In this document: positions 24,664 through 38,679 of the stretch, piece after piece
Numbering within the stretch: position 1 is the first letter of the stretch
Layout: every line of letters starts with the position of its first letter
NCBI RefSeq assembly: GCF_009914755.1
Contig: NC_060928.1
Source of the DNA: the human T2T-CHM13v2.0 reference genome, Homo sapiens
Length of the DNA stretch: 64,000 nt
Reading direction: 5' to 3' (one strand)
Notes under the pieces: generated by a model
The model's input: only the letters and a program-made list of their open reading frames with translations
Databases searched by the model: none
Told to the model about the DNA's origin: nothing
Made by a program: the position numbers and the translations under genes

Positions 24664-27600
24664 GTAAAATGAATTTGGAAGTAATCGCTCTTCCTCTATT
24701 TTTCAGAATAGTTTGAGTAAAATTGATATTAGCCATTCTTTAAATGTTTGCTAGAATTCAGCAGAAAATCCACTGGTTCCAGGACTTTTCTTTACTGGGA
24801 GACTTTTAACTGTGGCTTTCATCTCATTAGTTGTTATTGGTCTGTTCAGGTTTTGGATTTCTTCCTGGTTCAATCTTGGTAGGTTGTATGTAACAAAGAA
24901 TCTGCCAATTTCTTCTATATTTTCCAATTTATTGGCATATAGTTGCTTATGGTAGCAACTAATAATCCTTTGAATTACTGCAATATCAGTTGGAATGTCT
25001 TCTTTTTCATATCTGATTTTATTTGGATCTTTTCTCTTTTTTTCTTAGTCTGACCAAAAGTTTGTCAATTTTGCTTAACTTTTAAAAAAAACAACTTTTA
25101 GTTCTATTTATCTTTTGTATTTTCTTTATTTCATATTTATTTATTTTGCTCTGCTCTTTATTATTTCTTTTCTCCTACTAATGTTGGATTTGGTTTCCTC
25201 TTGCTTTTCTAGTTCTTTAGGATGCACCATTAGTTTTTTATTTGAAATTTTTCCTCCTTTCTGATGTAGGCACTTACAACTATAAACTTCCATTTTAGTA
25301 CTGTCTTTACTGGACCCCATAGGTTTTGGTATGTTGTGTTTTTATTATCATTTATTTCAATAAATTTTTCAATTTTCTTCTTAATTATTTCATTGTCCCA
25401 CTGGTCATTCAGAAGCATATTGTTTAATTTTCATGTAATTGTATAGTTTCCAAAATTCCTCTAGTTTTTAATTTTTAGTTTTATTCCATTGTGGTCAGAG
25501 AAGAAGATTGATATTATTTCCATTTTTAATCTTTTGTAGCTTGTTTCGTAAGCAAACATATAGTCTATTCTTGAGAATGATCTATGTGAATAGGAAAAGA
25601 ATGTGTATTCTGCAGCCTTTGGATACAATGTTCTGTAAATATTGATTAGTTCTATTTGGTCTACAGTGCAGATTAAATCTGAAGTTTCCTTGTTGATTTT
25701 CTGGCTGGAAGATCTGTTCAATGCTGAAAGTCAGGTGTCAAATTCTCCAGCTCTTATTGTATTGGGATCTATCTCTGTCTTTATCTCTAATAATATTTCC
25801 TTTATATATCGGGGTGTTTTTGTGTTTGGTGTACATATATATATATATAGATTTAAAACTGTTATATCCTCTTGATGAATTTATGCCTTTCTCATTATAT
25901 AGTGACATTCCTTGTCTCTTCTTACAGTTTTTGTCTTGAAATCTATTTTGTCTAATATAAGAATAGAAACATCTGCTCTTTTTTGGTTTACATAGGTGTG
26001 AAACATTTTATCCATCCTTTTATCTTCATTTTACACAGGTTTTTTATAACTGAAGTGTTTTTTCTTGTAGGCAAGAGATCAATGGGTCTTGTTTTGCCAT
26101 ACATTCAGCCAACCTATGTCTTTTGATTGGAGAGTTTAGTCCATTTACATTTAATGTTATTACTGATAATTAAGGACTTACTTCTCCCATTTTGTTATTA
26201 TTTTTCTTGTTGTTGTGTGGTCTTCTCTTTCTTCTTTCTTTCCTCTCTGTTTTCTTTTAGTGAAGGTGGTATTTTCTCTGGTGTTGTGATTTAGTTCTGT
26301 GCTTTATATTTTTTGTATATCCATTGCATGTTTTTTGCTTTGAGGTTACCATAAGGCTTGCAAATACCATTTTAATAAGCCATTATTTTAACCTGATAGG
26401 AATTTAATAGTGTTTGCATAAACAAATAGACGAAGAAAAAGGAAACTAATAAAAATTCTACATGTCAATTTTGTCTCTCCATTTTTTAATTGTTCGTTTA
26501 TATTTTTGAAAAAATGTTGTAGTTCTAATTTTTGATTGGTTCATTAGTCTTTCTACTTAGTATAAGAGTAGTTTACATATGACAGTTACATTACAGGGTT
26601 ATAATAGTCTAGGTTTTTCTGTGTACTTATTATTTTGTACCTTTAGGTGATTACTTATGCTCATGAACATTCTTTTTTTTTCCTCTGATAGAAGTACTCC
26701 CTTTAGCATTTCTTGTAGTACAGGTCTAGTTTTGATGAAATTTCTCAGCTCTTTGTCTAGGACAATCTTTATTTCTCTTTCATGTTTGAAGGATATTTTC
26801 ACTGGATATACTATTCTAGGGTAAATGTGTGTGTGTGTATTTTTTTTTCCATCAGCACTTCAAATATGTCATGCCACTGTCTCCTGGCTGTAAGGTTTCC
26901 ACTGAAATATCTGCTCCCAGACTTCTTTGAATTCCATTTTATGTCATTTGTTTCTTTTCTTTTGCTGCTTTTAGGATTCTTTTATCCTTGATCTTTGGCA
27001 GTTTGATTATTAAATGTCTTGAGGTAGTCTTCTAAACCTTTTCTGCTTTAATGTTGATATTTCTCTCTAGGTTTGGGAAGTTCTCTCTTATTGTTGCTTT
27101 GAATAATCTATCTACTCGTATCTCTTTCTACCTCCACTTTAAGGCCAGTAACTTTTAGATTTGCCCTTTTGAGAATTTCTAGATCCTATAGGTGTGCTTC
27201 ATGGTTTTTTATAGTTTTTTTCTTTTGTCTCCTCTTACTGCATATTTTCAAGTAGACTATCTTCTAACTATTATTTTATTCTGCTTGATCTATTCTGCTT
27301 TTAATAGGCTCTCATGCATTCTTCAGTATGCCAATTGTATTTTACAGCTCCAGAATATGTTTTATTATTTTTAATTATCTCAATCTCTTTGTTAAATTCC
27401 TCTGATAGAATTCTGAATCCCTTCTCTGTGTTATCTTTAATTTCTTTGAGTTTCCTCTACACAGCTATTTTGGATTATCTGTCTTAAAGGTCACATATCT
27501 GTTTCCCCGGTACTGGCACCTGGTGCCTTCTTTAGTTCACTTGGTGAGGTTATGTTTTCCTGGATGGTATTGATCCTAGTAGTTGTTCTTCATTATTTGG

Positions 27601-29600
27601 GCATTAAAAAGTTTTATATTTATGTTAGTCTTCATCAGCTTGGCTCATTTGTGCCCATCCTTCTTGTAGAGGGTATCCAAATACTTGAAAGGACTTGGGT
27701 GTTGTGATCTAAGCTGTATCTGCTTTAGGTGGAAACCAAAGCCCAGTAATGTTGTGGTTCTTGAAGACTTACAGAGCTACTGCCTTGATGATTTTGGAAA
27801 AGATCTTGGAGAATTCTCTTGGTCACCAGGCAGAGACTGTTGTGTTCTTTCATCACTTACTCCCAAACAGTCTCTCTCTCTTTTCTGAGCTATGTAAAGC
27901 TGGGACTGGAGTGACACGAGCACCCACTGTGGACATCATCACTGTAACTGTGCTGGGTGAGACCTGAAGCTAGCACAGCACTGAGTCCTGCCCTGGGCCT
28001 GCTGTAACCACTCCCTAGCAAGTGCCTATGTTGGCTCAAGGCCCTGGGGCTCTTTAATCAGCAGGTGGCAAAGGTAGCCAGGCCTATGTCCTTCCCTTCA
28101 AGGCGGCAAGTTCTCCCAGTCCTGGGTGGGGCCAGAGGTGCTGTCTAGGAGTCAGTGATTAGAGCTAAAGACCTTAGATATCTACTAGTTTTCTATTGTA
28201 CTGCCACTGAGATGGCACTCACACACAAGATGCAGTCCTTCCCATTCTTCCTTCCCTTTCAAAGGCACAGAAGTGTCACCCCATAGCCACTGACACCACA
28301 AGCCATGAGGAGATCTGCTGGACTACTGCCAATGTTCTCTTTAGGCCCAAGGGCTCTTAAGTCAGCTTGCGGTGTATTGTGCCTGCCTCAGACTCACCTT
28401 TCAAGACATTGGGTTCACCTCTGGCCCAGCCAAGCTCCAAAGATGCCATACAAGAGTCAAGTCTTGAATTCAGGGACAGCAAGAGCCTATTTTGTGCTCT
28501 ACTTCCAAACCCCTGTAGCCATGCTGGTACCTAAGGTCCAAGTCAAAGTCCCCTTTACTTTTCCCTCTGGTTTTTTAAAGCAGAAGGAGTTTTGCCCCAT
28601 AGCCACCACAGCTGGTAATGTGCTGAGTCTCACCTGAAGCCAGCAAGTCTCTGAGGCCCACCCAAGGTCCTTAATGTCATACCTGAGTATTATTGCTGGT
28701 TGTTCAGGACCCAAGGGCTCTTCAGTTAGCAGGTGATAAATGTTGCCAGGACTGGGTCCTTCCTTTCAAGGCATTGAGTTTTCTTCTGGCCTAGAGTGTG
28801 TCTAGAAATGTTTTCCAGGAGCTAGGAACTGGAACAGGGACTCCCAAGTCTGACCAGTGCCCTATCCTGCTTTGATTGAGCTGGTATGCAAGATGCAAGA
28901 CGAAGTTCTCCCCAACCTTTCCTCTCCTCTCCTCAAGCAGAAGGAAGGGGTGTCTTTTGGAGATGCAAGCTGTGCAGCCAGGGGTCCGGGGAGGGGTGAT
29001 GCCTGCACTCCCTTAGCCATGTCTGAGTAGGTCATGTACCTCCCCAGTCCACTGTCACTGGGCCCAGTTCAGACCTAGGACTCGCCTAACAGTTGCAGTC
29101 TTTATGACCTAGACTCCCTTTCCAGTTTACTTAGAGATCCAGAGCACTTTGGCACTTGGTGGCAAGGTTTGCACAAACTCAAGTTCCAGTCACTGGGATT
29201 AGCAATTCCCCTCTGGCCTGGTTTAAATGCTCCTCCCATTGGTGGGTGTCAGGAGAGTTTGCACCGGTTTTCTTTCCTGCTCTAACAGGACAGCACTGAC
29301 GTCAATGCCTCACAATTGCTGTGTTCTCCCTCCCCCAGTGCCCACAGGAGCTTCCTGAACCAGGCTGCCATCTGGAGGTGGGGGAGTGTGGCATCTGCAA
29401 TTTAGGACTGTGTTTTTTCTATCTCTTCAGTACCTCTTTCAGCAATACATGGTTAAAGCCAAGTACTATGAGGGCTCACCTAATTTTTGGTTCTTACGAA
29501 AGTGTTTTGTTCTGTGTAGTTAGTTATTAAATTGATGTCCTTGCTGGGATGATGAATGGTGGAGTCTTCTATTCCACTGTCTTGCTCTGTCTCCCTTCCA
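24664..29600 (-). mobile_element. L1 (L1MA-age) 5' UTR, ORF1 and 5' ORF2; 3' half missing
   Basis: Minus-strand ORF fragments match L1 EN ('ELINIYRTLYPKAAEYTFFS..HRSFSRIDYM') and ORF1 C-terminus ('KISFKHEREIK..TRPVLQEMLKG'); long GC-richer 5' UTR 27.6-29.6 kb. Confidence 0.9.
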
Positions 29601-30045
29601 TCATAAGTCTTCATTAAATATGGCTAAAATTCTTCCCAAACAGCTACATGAAAATCAAGACCTTATAATGTATTATTTTAACTCCTAGAGATCTTTGACT
29701 TATCCAGACCAGATATACCTGAATAAATACTCTTTCACAAGGGAAAGATCTTAGATTGTGTTAACAGAGCAAATTATACAGTAAAATATCAGCAATACTG
29801 CAAATACGTAACCTATAGTGTAAGATAGGTCACATTCCCTCTGGATAAGGAGACAGAGGGAAATGGGGGTGGAACTTCTCTAGAAAGAGTTTTCCTTCCA
29901 GGAACCCAGGAATATAGTGGTATTTAACTGGTTTGCTTACCAGTTTGATTGTCAACAATAAACATTTATTTAGGGCATTATCACTAATGGACACTATTTA
30001 TATGTAGAGTCATTTTGAAGCCCTACCTAAACAGAACAGGACTAA

Positions 30046-30825
30046 TGATATGGGAGCGGGGCAGGGAAGTGCTGCGGAGAGAAGGGTAGTGTCCCTGGCG
30101 AGGGCTCCACCCTCAGACCTGTGTCCACAGACTTAAGTGAGAACAGGCACTCCTGTTTTCATGCACAAATGTTGCATTTTCCAAGACCACTCTGGCCCGC
30201 TATGCTCCCCATCTTGTGCCCATACAAACCTGAGAGACCTCAGCAGGCACACACACAAGTGGCTGGGCATCTAGAGGAGCAGAAGAACACACCGACAGAC
30301 ACCAGCAGACACTGACAGACCATCGACGACGCGGACACCGAGGGGAATTCAGCAAGGGCCAGTCAGAAGAGAGTACTGCGGCTGGGTGGCCCGACTCCGG
30401 AAGAAGACCACCTTCCCACTTCATCACCGTTCTGCCTCCCCATCCATCTCATTGAGAGCTACTTCCACCATTCAATAAAATCTTGCACTCATTCTCCAAG
30501 CCCACGTGTAATCCGATTTTTCCAATACTCTAGGGCAAGAACCCGGGATACAGAAAGCCCTCTGTCCTTGCCATAAAGTAGAGGATCTAATTGAGGTGAT
30601 TAACACAAACTGCCTGCAGATGGCACAGCTGAAAGAGCATCCTGTAACACGCTCAATGGGACTTCGGAAGCTGTAAGCACTCAATCCTACACACTGCTGT
30701 GGGGTTGGAGCCCAAAAAACGCTCCCCAAGACCTGAAAGTTGGAGCAGCGGGCACCAAAGAAGCAAGCCACAACCCTGTTGCAGGCCCTGCGAGGGGGAT
30801 AAGGGAACTTCCTTCTCCTGTTTCA
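30046..30825 (+). mobile_element. ERV1 solo LTR (LTR1 family)
   Basis: TG...CA termini ('tgatatgggagcggggcagggaagtgctg' to 'cctgtttca'), aataaa at ~30475, 780 bp. Confidence 0.8.
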
Positions 30826-31954
30826 CTGGCATATTAGGAAATAAATAAAACTCCCCCTTTTTTCATTTACCTCAATTCTTTTTCCTATGGTGTCAGGATG
30901 GGGAAATTAAGAAAAAAATGTAAGGCACTGTTCTTCCTGTGTTATTCGAAAAAAAAAAAAAGGTTGCTTCAATAGAGCACAATATAATAGAGCTTCAATA
31001 ACATCACAGTTATTTTCTTTGAGTTCCAACATCAATAGTCTATAGTTTGAGCAAATCTTGAATATATGGTTTTATATTGTTTTTTACAATAGCCATTATC
31101 AGGATTAAAAACTCTCCCTTATTGTAAAATAAATTGAACTTAAGTCAACATTTATAATGAAGTATAAATTTATTTTTATAATAAAACAATGAAAAATTAT
31201 TTATAGAAATCCAGGTCTCTAAATTTAGAGGACTAATTCTATGTTTTATTTTAAATTGTTAATGGATTTTTTTCCTGCTTAGTCAAAAAATGGTGCCAAT
31301 GATTCCACAGTCTGTCGTAACATTCCATTCTCCTAGTTCTATTGCTTTAGTATTGACCTGGTTGGATCAAGATGAATCAAAGTGGTTTGTATTTATTAAC
31401 ATTCACTCATATATTTATGAGATTGTTTCTGATTTTTTTGATATATGTTGATATTGAAAATATTTTATGTCACTGTTTTTCTCAAGATATATCACAAATA
31501 ATTTGAATTTAAAATTCCAACTCTAGGGTTACTCATTTCTTCCTGTATCTTGGTCCAGTGTTTGAAAGCCACAGCAGGCACTATAAAAGTTACCAACACT
31601 TAATCCCTCTACTCTAGTTTACAATATTGTAGAATCTAGACCTTTATAATAATATTTTCTGCCTAAAGATGCAAAAGTTAATTACTAACCTCAGCTTCTG
31701 CTAAAGCTGTTAAATATGCATGCTACATATTAGATTAAATATATATCCTTCTAACTAACTTTACATAATTCAAGTACACAAAAATCTGTTCTTTAAGTAG
31801 CAAAATTTCAATCTTTTGAAATGTGACAATATTTAATGTATATATGTGTGTGTGTGTGTATGTATACTTTTTTACATTTACATATATACATATTCTGGGT
31901 ATTCATAATTGCTCCCAAATTACTGTAAAATTTTCAGCTATTATGAAATTAAAT

Positions 31955-33240
31955 TAGCCCCTTAAACAGTGAGAAAACTAGACAAAATATATGAAACAAT
32001 TTTTTCATCACTGAGCTCTAGCCAGCATAGGACTATGACTCATGAGAGAGGGAAAGTAATGAGGTAATTCCTGTGATACTCTGTTTCTTCTGTCTGGAAG
32101 CACATTATGGAATTCTTAGTAGAGATTGAGACCCCCAAGCAGAGCATAAAGTTTTCACTAAGTGCATGAGACTGAAATTGATTTCCAATTATAGAATTTG
32201 CAAGGCAGTTTCCCAGAGAAAAGGGAACTATGAATAATAATAACCAGCTCCAGAAATTTGCATACAGTCACAATTGAATCTTTGTAGAGTATGAAGATGT
32301 GCTTGAACACAGAATCAATAGGCTAAGCAAAACATGAGTGGGAAGCTATGAGCTAACTAATCTCAAGAATTCACAAATTGCTGGTAATTTTGCAGGTTCT
32401 GACAAGCTAGAGAGAATATCGGGGTATTTATCAGAGATCAAATAAAGGTCACACCTTAGTACAGAGGCTGAAGTGTCTCTAGAGTAAAAGCTAGCTTAGA
32501 CCCTCCCTAATAAAGCTTTTTAAGATAAGATTTTAATTTATAAAACTGAAGTACAATATTTAATTGCTTCCTAGAAAAAAGACCAGTACTCTTTAAACCA
32601 AGCTCTTCCAACCTGTACTGGCTTTGAATGCAGCCCAACAAAAATTCATAAACTTTCTTAAAACATTATGAGATTTTTTAATAATTTTTTTGGCTTATCA
32701 GCTATCATTAGTTTTAGTTTGTGGCCGAAGACAATTCGTCTTCCTCCAATGTGGTCCAAGGAAGCCAGAAGATTGAACATCCCTGCTTTAAACAAACAAA
32801 CAAAAAATGAAGACACTTAGCAATGTAAACTATACAATGTCCATCATCACACTAAAGAATTATTAGATATACCTAGAAGCAAAAAATAATATGATCTGTA
32901 ATAAGAAAAAAAATTAGTCAATAGAAACAGACTCAGAAGTAAATTAAGTGAAAGAACATGCAGACAAAGAAGTTAAAAATACCATTATTACTGTGAACAG
33001 GTTCTTAAAGAAATGCATGAACACAGTGATGAGAGAAATAGAAAATATAGAAAAGAACTAACTGAAACTTTTTGTAATAAAGACTAAAATATCTGAAATT
33101 AAAACAAACAAAACACTGTAGATTTAGACATTGTCCTGTAAGAGATTAATAAACATGACAATAAATATAATACAAAATGAATAGAAAAAAGTATATAGAG
33201 AATGAATGTAAACACAGCCTCAGTTTAGGAAAATACAAGT
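31955..33240 (+). mobile_element. Ancient L1 (L1ME/L1M4-type) 5' region and ORF1 start
   Basis: Similar to the block at 51.8-52.8 kb; 'aaaattagtcaatagaaacagactcagaa' ORF1-like segment. Confidence 0.55.
32599..32785 (-). mobile_element. MER30 hAT-Charlie MITE
   Basis: 'caagctcttccaacc...gattgaacatccctg' with perfect 8-bp TSD ctttaaac (32591-32598, 32786-32793). Confidence 0.88.
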
Positions 33241-34932
33241 AATTTCATTATATTTTTATTTTACACCTTATGGCACTAATATAAAGTCAGCAAAAATTTC
33301 AAATTACGTCGTGTTATCAGATATCTTGTTTATTCCTTACTTTAATAGGAAACCTCTAGTTTTTTACTATTGAGAGAAAAAACATTATAGACTGAATTAT
33401 AATTAACAATATTAGGTGGACTGATTGGTCAGGGAATATTATTTTATTAGCAGAGTGTGAAGAATTAACTCTATCAAATTACTTTTGAATATTGCTATAT
33501 GATTTGATTTATTTTACACTGAGAATTTTAAAAATTCTAATTATTTAATTGCTGCCTTCTTAAGATTAGTTTTGCTTGGCTTTGGTGAATTCTCCTTTAA
33601 ATTTAAATGTTAAGAATAAATTGGTGGAATATTTGCTAGTGAATTTGAGATGAGACGGATACAAGAAAATGCCTTGTGGACACATGAAATATGATGAAGC
33701 AGTTGGGTGAGGGTTATTAACTAATCAAGAAATTACTGATAAGCAATTTGTCATGATGCAAGATTAATTAGAACACATATCAAAGATGACTTTTAAGTAA
33801 CTTTATGTATTCATAAAATTTAGACATTCAATTCTGTGCTTATTTTTGTGACTTCCATTTAATTCTTGTAACCCATAACTTAGCTGTGGTAAGTTTCAAT
33901 TTACTGTTAGTTTTTAATAAACCAAAAGTTAAAGAACTTGTTATGTAGAAAAATAATTAAAACATTGATTTAAACGAACCAAAAGAGACTTCTCAGAGCA
34001 AAATAATGCTGTATATAATTATAAAAACTAAATTAAATAACATGTAGCCCCTGCATTTATAGTAGACACAAATTAACACAAAGGGAAACTGTGAATTTCA
34101 ATTTATATCATCTTTTCAAATCTCCTAGGTGAAGTTTACAGGCTAAATAAGTAGCTAATATGATTAGATATATGAGAATGTTCAGTAATAAGGCCAAAGA
34201 TCAAAACTAATCATAAGAATTATGAACAGGAAAGAACCTGGAGAGTTATGGTATTAGCTAGAAAAAATTAAAACTAAAATTATATGAACTACAGTTTCAA
34301 GGATCAGCAATGATGAGAAAAAGAAAAATATATGTAGTCTATATCTAGCCATTGAAAATTGCATAAATTCTTTCTCTACTTATTTCACTAATGTAGCTAA
34401 CACTTATTGTTATTGTGCTTAGAGCTGTAAGCTTGAACCAGAACTTCAAGAAATTCAAGTGATGTGTTTTATCATTCAACACATTGTATCCTAGAACAAA
34501 GGTATAAAAAATAGGATAGGTTTCTCAGTATATCTTCCCCCAAGTTGCTGCTTTTAAGGATTCCTCTATGCTCATCTCAAGTTTGCAGGAAACTTACAAG
34601 CAAATATTACATTTTCCCTCTCATTAACCAAATAATTCTTCCACATTTGCTTCTACTTTTTCTTCTTACCAGGTGTTTCCCATAACTTCCACATCAATAG
34701 CTCATCACTAAATTGTTTCATATTAATAATTCCTATAAATTATCTGCTTCACTGTGACAGAAATGGTGGCATTTGCCTGAGTTTCCTGAATTCTACTCTG
34801 CCACAACTGAAGATAAATTCAATGTATAATAACTAAGAAAACAAGGAAGGAAAGGCAAAGTCTTTCCTACAAACCTAATTAAAGTATGATATACATCTAT
34901 TTTCCACCAGATCTGAATGTACACGTGTATAC

Positions 34933-34933
34933 G

Positions 34934-34995
<62 letters not shown>
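34933..34995. repeat. (TG)n microsatellite
   Basis: About 30 TG units with one interruption. Confidence 0.95.
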
Positions 34996-34997
<2 letters not shown>

Positions 34998-35558
34998 GGG
35001 AGGAGGTACAGAGAGGAGTTTCCAAAGATTTTAGTAAAACATGTGACTAAGAAAAGACAAAAAAAAAAAGGAAAGAGATCACCTTTAAGAGACTTAACCA
35101 TTTCTCTCATGATTACAGCTCTTTACATTCTGTTACCAAACCTAGCACTTAAAGGTTTGTAAACTGGAATCGTCTTTAAAATATATATCTTCATATCAAG
35201 GCTAGAACAATGGAGCAGGCAACTAGAAAAAAGCACTGAGTTTATCTTTAGAAATCCAAATCTGCATATTTTATTTTCTTAATTTATTTCTGGGAAAGGC
35301 AATGACCCTTAGCCTGAAAAATATTCAACCTATGTTGCCTTCAAGTCAAGTCCTGTGCCGTGTCTGAAATTCTCATTCTCAGTATTCCAGATAAATGTGC
35401 TGTTTATGTGAAATGATTTTCAGAGAGGAAAGAGGTGACACCACCTCTAGTCTTCCCATGAATGGGTCTGAAAATCTATGAGTGTATATCTGACCACTGT
35501 AGTACTAACTAGTTGAAATTTGGGCATTCAATAAAGGCAAATGAACCTTCATTCTTCA

Positions 35559-35915
35559 TGTGATGTTTAACTTTATGTTTCAACTTTGGCTAGGCCATGG
35601 TATCTAGATATTTGGTAAAATATGTCTATATGTCACCTGGGAGTGTATTTTTAGATGATGTTAACATTTAAATCAGTAGGCTTTGAGTAAAGCTCATTAC
35701 ATTCCCATAATGTGGGTGGGACTCATCCAATAAGATGAAGGCCTTAAGAGAAAAAGACTGAGGACTGCTCAGACTGAGACTGAGAAAGAAGAAATTCTGC
35801 TTCCAACTGCCTTTGGACTCAAACTGCAACATCAACTCCCCACTGTGCCTCCAGCCAGCAGAATTCCAGACATCTCCAACAGTCATGTGAATCAATTATT
35901 TAAAATAAGTCTCTC
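35559..35915 (+). mobile_element. ERVL LTR (MLT2), 3' end missing
   Basis: 'tgtgatgtttaactttatgtttcaact...aatgtgggtgggactcatccaat'. Confidence 0.8.
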
Positions 35916-35949
35916 CTCTTTATTTTGTATTCCAGTGGTAGTAATTACA

Positions 35950-37070
35950 CAATTTTGCTGATGAACTTGTAGTGGGTTGTGAGAGAAAACAAAGAATCAA
36001 GGGAGAATAAAAAGTTTGGATCTGAGGAACTGAAAGAAAAGTATTGATTTTGCAGAGAGGGAAAAAGCTGCATAAATAGCAGGTTCATGGGATGGACAAA
36101 TCTAGACTTCAGAAGTCGTAAGTGTAGATAGAAATTTGACCATTGTTATCATCAGATTTAAAATTTCTTAAAGAGACCACAGGCTTCAATAAGAACCCTC
36201 AATGTGAAGTCCTTTACTATGTGCCAGTGTCAATACCAGGGCTGTAAACACCTCTCTAAATTCCAGGCATGGGTATCAATCCACTTGCATGAGGCTGGTG
36301 AGACAGAACACTCACATAACAAGTTAAGCAAAGCAAATTTTTAATTCACAGACAGGCAGCAAAGGACAACAGAAGCCTAGGGTTCATGGTAAGCCAATTC
36401 CCTAAGACTTAAGAAAGCTGTCCACTGTGGATGAAGTTTTGTCTGCACATGCCCCACTTTGCACCACAGCTGAGAGGTGGTAAAAGCATAATCTTCCCTT
36501 GGTTTTATACCAGGGGACAACCTGTACTGGGCTATAGCATTAAAGGACATCCTACTCTAGGAGAGATTAAAACAGATTTTGGGCTTTTCAAGCTAGTGTC
36601 TTTTCATCTCAGAATTTTGCATTCCAGGCATATTCTACAGTTATTCTTGAGAACTACAAGTGAGAAAGGAGGAAGAACTGAGTTGGCCAAAGCCAGCTAG
36701 AGATTTGTCTTTCATGAAGGATCTCCAAATGGTGGACTTTAGAATGATGGAAAGAAACTATCAACAAATCTAAGATACAGTGACTACATGAGTAAAAACA
36801 AACAAACAAACAAACAAAGTAGGAATATATGGTGCCCTGGTAAACCTGTGTTTCAAAGAGGAAGGATGATCAAATGTATTAAACAATTCTCATAAGTTTA
36901 GTCTATGAATTGACCACTAAATTTGGCATGCCGAGCTCACTGCTCATCTTTGTATGAGTGGCCGTAGGAGGAGGATAAATGGAGTATTTTTGGATTAAAA
37001 GAAAGGTGAGAAATACATTGCAGACAGCTCGTATAGACACCTGTTTTAAGAACTTTTGCTAAAAATTTTG
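35950..37070 (-). mobile_element. L2 fragment interrupted by an LTR
   Basis: 'ttgctgatgaacttgtagtgggttgtgagag' and 'tgtttcaaagaggaagg..gatcaaatgtattaaa...gaattgaccactaaatttggca' are L2 reverse-strand motifs. Confidence 0.55.
36220..36714 (-). mobile_element. ERVL-class solo LTR (MER54/MER74/LTR53 group)
   Basis: 'ttgcattccaggcatattctacagttattc' and 'gagacagaacactcaca' motifs; TG...CA ends. Confidence 0.6.
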
Positions 37071-38321
37071 AAGAAATTGAGAAATAAATAACGTTATTCT
37101 TTCGCAAAACTTTCCTTTACCTGACAAAGCAAAACATGTTTTAACATCTTCCGAAAGATATTCCTACACTCTTTCTGCTCAATAGTTGGTTAACTCAATA
37201 TGAATCCTCCAAGTATTTGGAAAAAATTAAAATAACTTTAAAAGAATAATTTGAATGAATTTTTAAAATGATTTGCTTAGGGTCTATAAATGTGTCTTTC
37301 CAAGTACAAATTTAGATGTTCAAGTTTAGCACCCACCAACTCTAAAAGACTAAGAACATCTACTCTTTTGAAAATTATAGGTCTTGCCAAGCTTTTACTA
37401 CTCTATAAAGCTCTGATTTAAATAGTATTTTCCTAATCTGGATAACATTTCAATCTCATAATTATCTTACTGTATCAACTCTTTTGCAGATAATTAATTA
37501 TCTCACCTACCTATTGCATATCTAAACTGAAGTGCTTAGCAGCCAAGCACTGTATCCTCTCTCTACACCCATTCTTTGCAATACAAATTGAAGGATTTTT
37601 TTTTTTCTAAATAACTTAAAGCAACTTAGAGAGGAGGCTTAAGAGTGCTATTATGGGTGGGTTGATAGACATAGCATGTATCATGATATTTGAGCATATT
37701 ATATTTTTGCTGTCAGGTAATGCTGTGCAAAGTAAATCTTGCAGTTTGCAAAGCCACTTTCAAGTTCACAGAGCCCTTGATAAACCCAAATTTAACAAAA
37801 GCGAAAAACAGAACAGGACATGATAACAAGATAAAAGTGCATGGGGCCCAAAGATTCATCCATTGAGATGCAAGGAGATGGACAGATTTTTTCTGGAGGA
37901 AGATATTTGTGTGTGTGTTGGGGAGGAACGGCATTAAAAATATTTGCCAGTGTCTATTAGACTTTGAAGCTGTCTACATTAAAATCATGCAAGATATAGA
38001 GAAATAATAATATTATTCAGAAAATAAAAATTATGAAATAGATATGATCATATTTTTGTTTCCGCTCAGGGGACAAATTTGATATAATAATATAAATATG
38101 ATGATGGTATTTAATTTTATTATCAACTGGTAGACAAGCAGACAATATTTAAAATGATCATACTATTGAATAAAGTTTTTAATTAATTATGGAAAAATAA
38201 AGTTAAAATTAACAACATTTTATGAAAAAAATTATTGTAGTATTGTAGAAATACAGGAAAGTGAATGAAAAGAATAAATGGGATGGAGAGTAGTAAAATA
38301 AGCTGAATGAAAAGTATCAGA

Positions 38322-38670
38322 AGAACACTACGCAGCTATAACAAAGAATGAGTTCATGTCCTTTGAAGGGACATGGATGAAGCTGGAAACCATCATTCTC
38401 AGCAAACTAACACAGGAACAGAAAACCAAATACCACATGTTGTCCCTCATAAGTAGGAGTTGAACAGTGAGAACAAATGGACACTGGAAGGGTAACATCA
38501 CATACTGGGGACTGTCAGGGGGTGGGGGTTAGGGGAGGAATAGCACTAGGAGAAATACCTAATGTAGATGACGGGTTGATGGGTGCAGCAAACCACCATG
38601 TATACCTCTGTAACAAACCTGCATGTTCTGCACATGTATCCTAGAACTTAAGGTATAATAAAAATAAAAA
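38322..38670 (+). mobile_element. 5'-truncated L1PA (L1PA7-like) 3' end
   Basis: 'gagttcatgtcctttg..gggacatggatgaagctgg...gtagatgacgggttgatgggtgcagcaaaccaccatg' + A tail. Confidence 0.9.
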
Positions 38671-38679
38671 GTAAAAACT

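Noticed and set aside
23817-27610. Similarity of 23.8-24.3 kb to 27.2-27.6 kb as a segmental duplication
   Set aside because: Divergence is at the level of independent L1 family members, not a recent duplication
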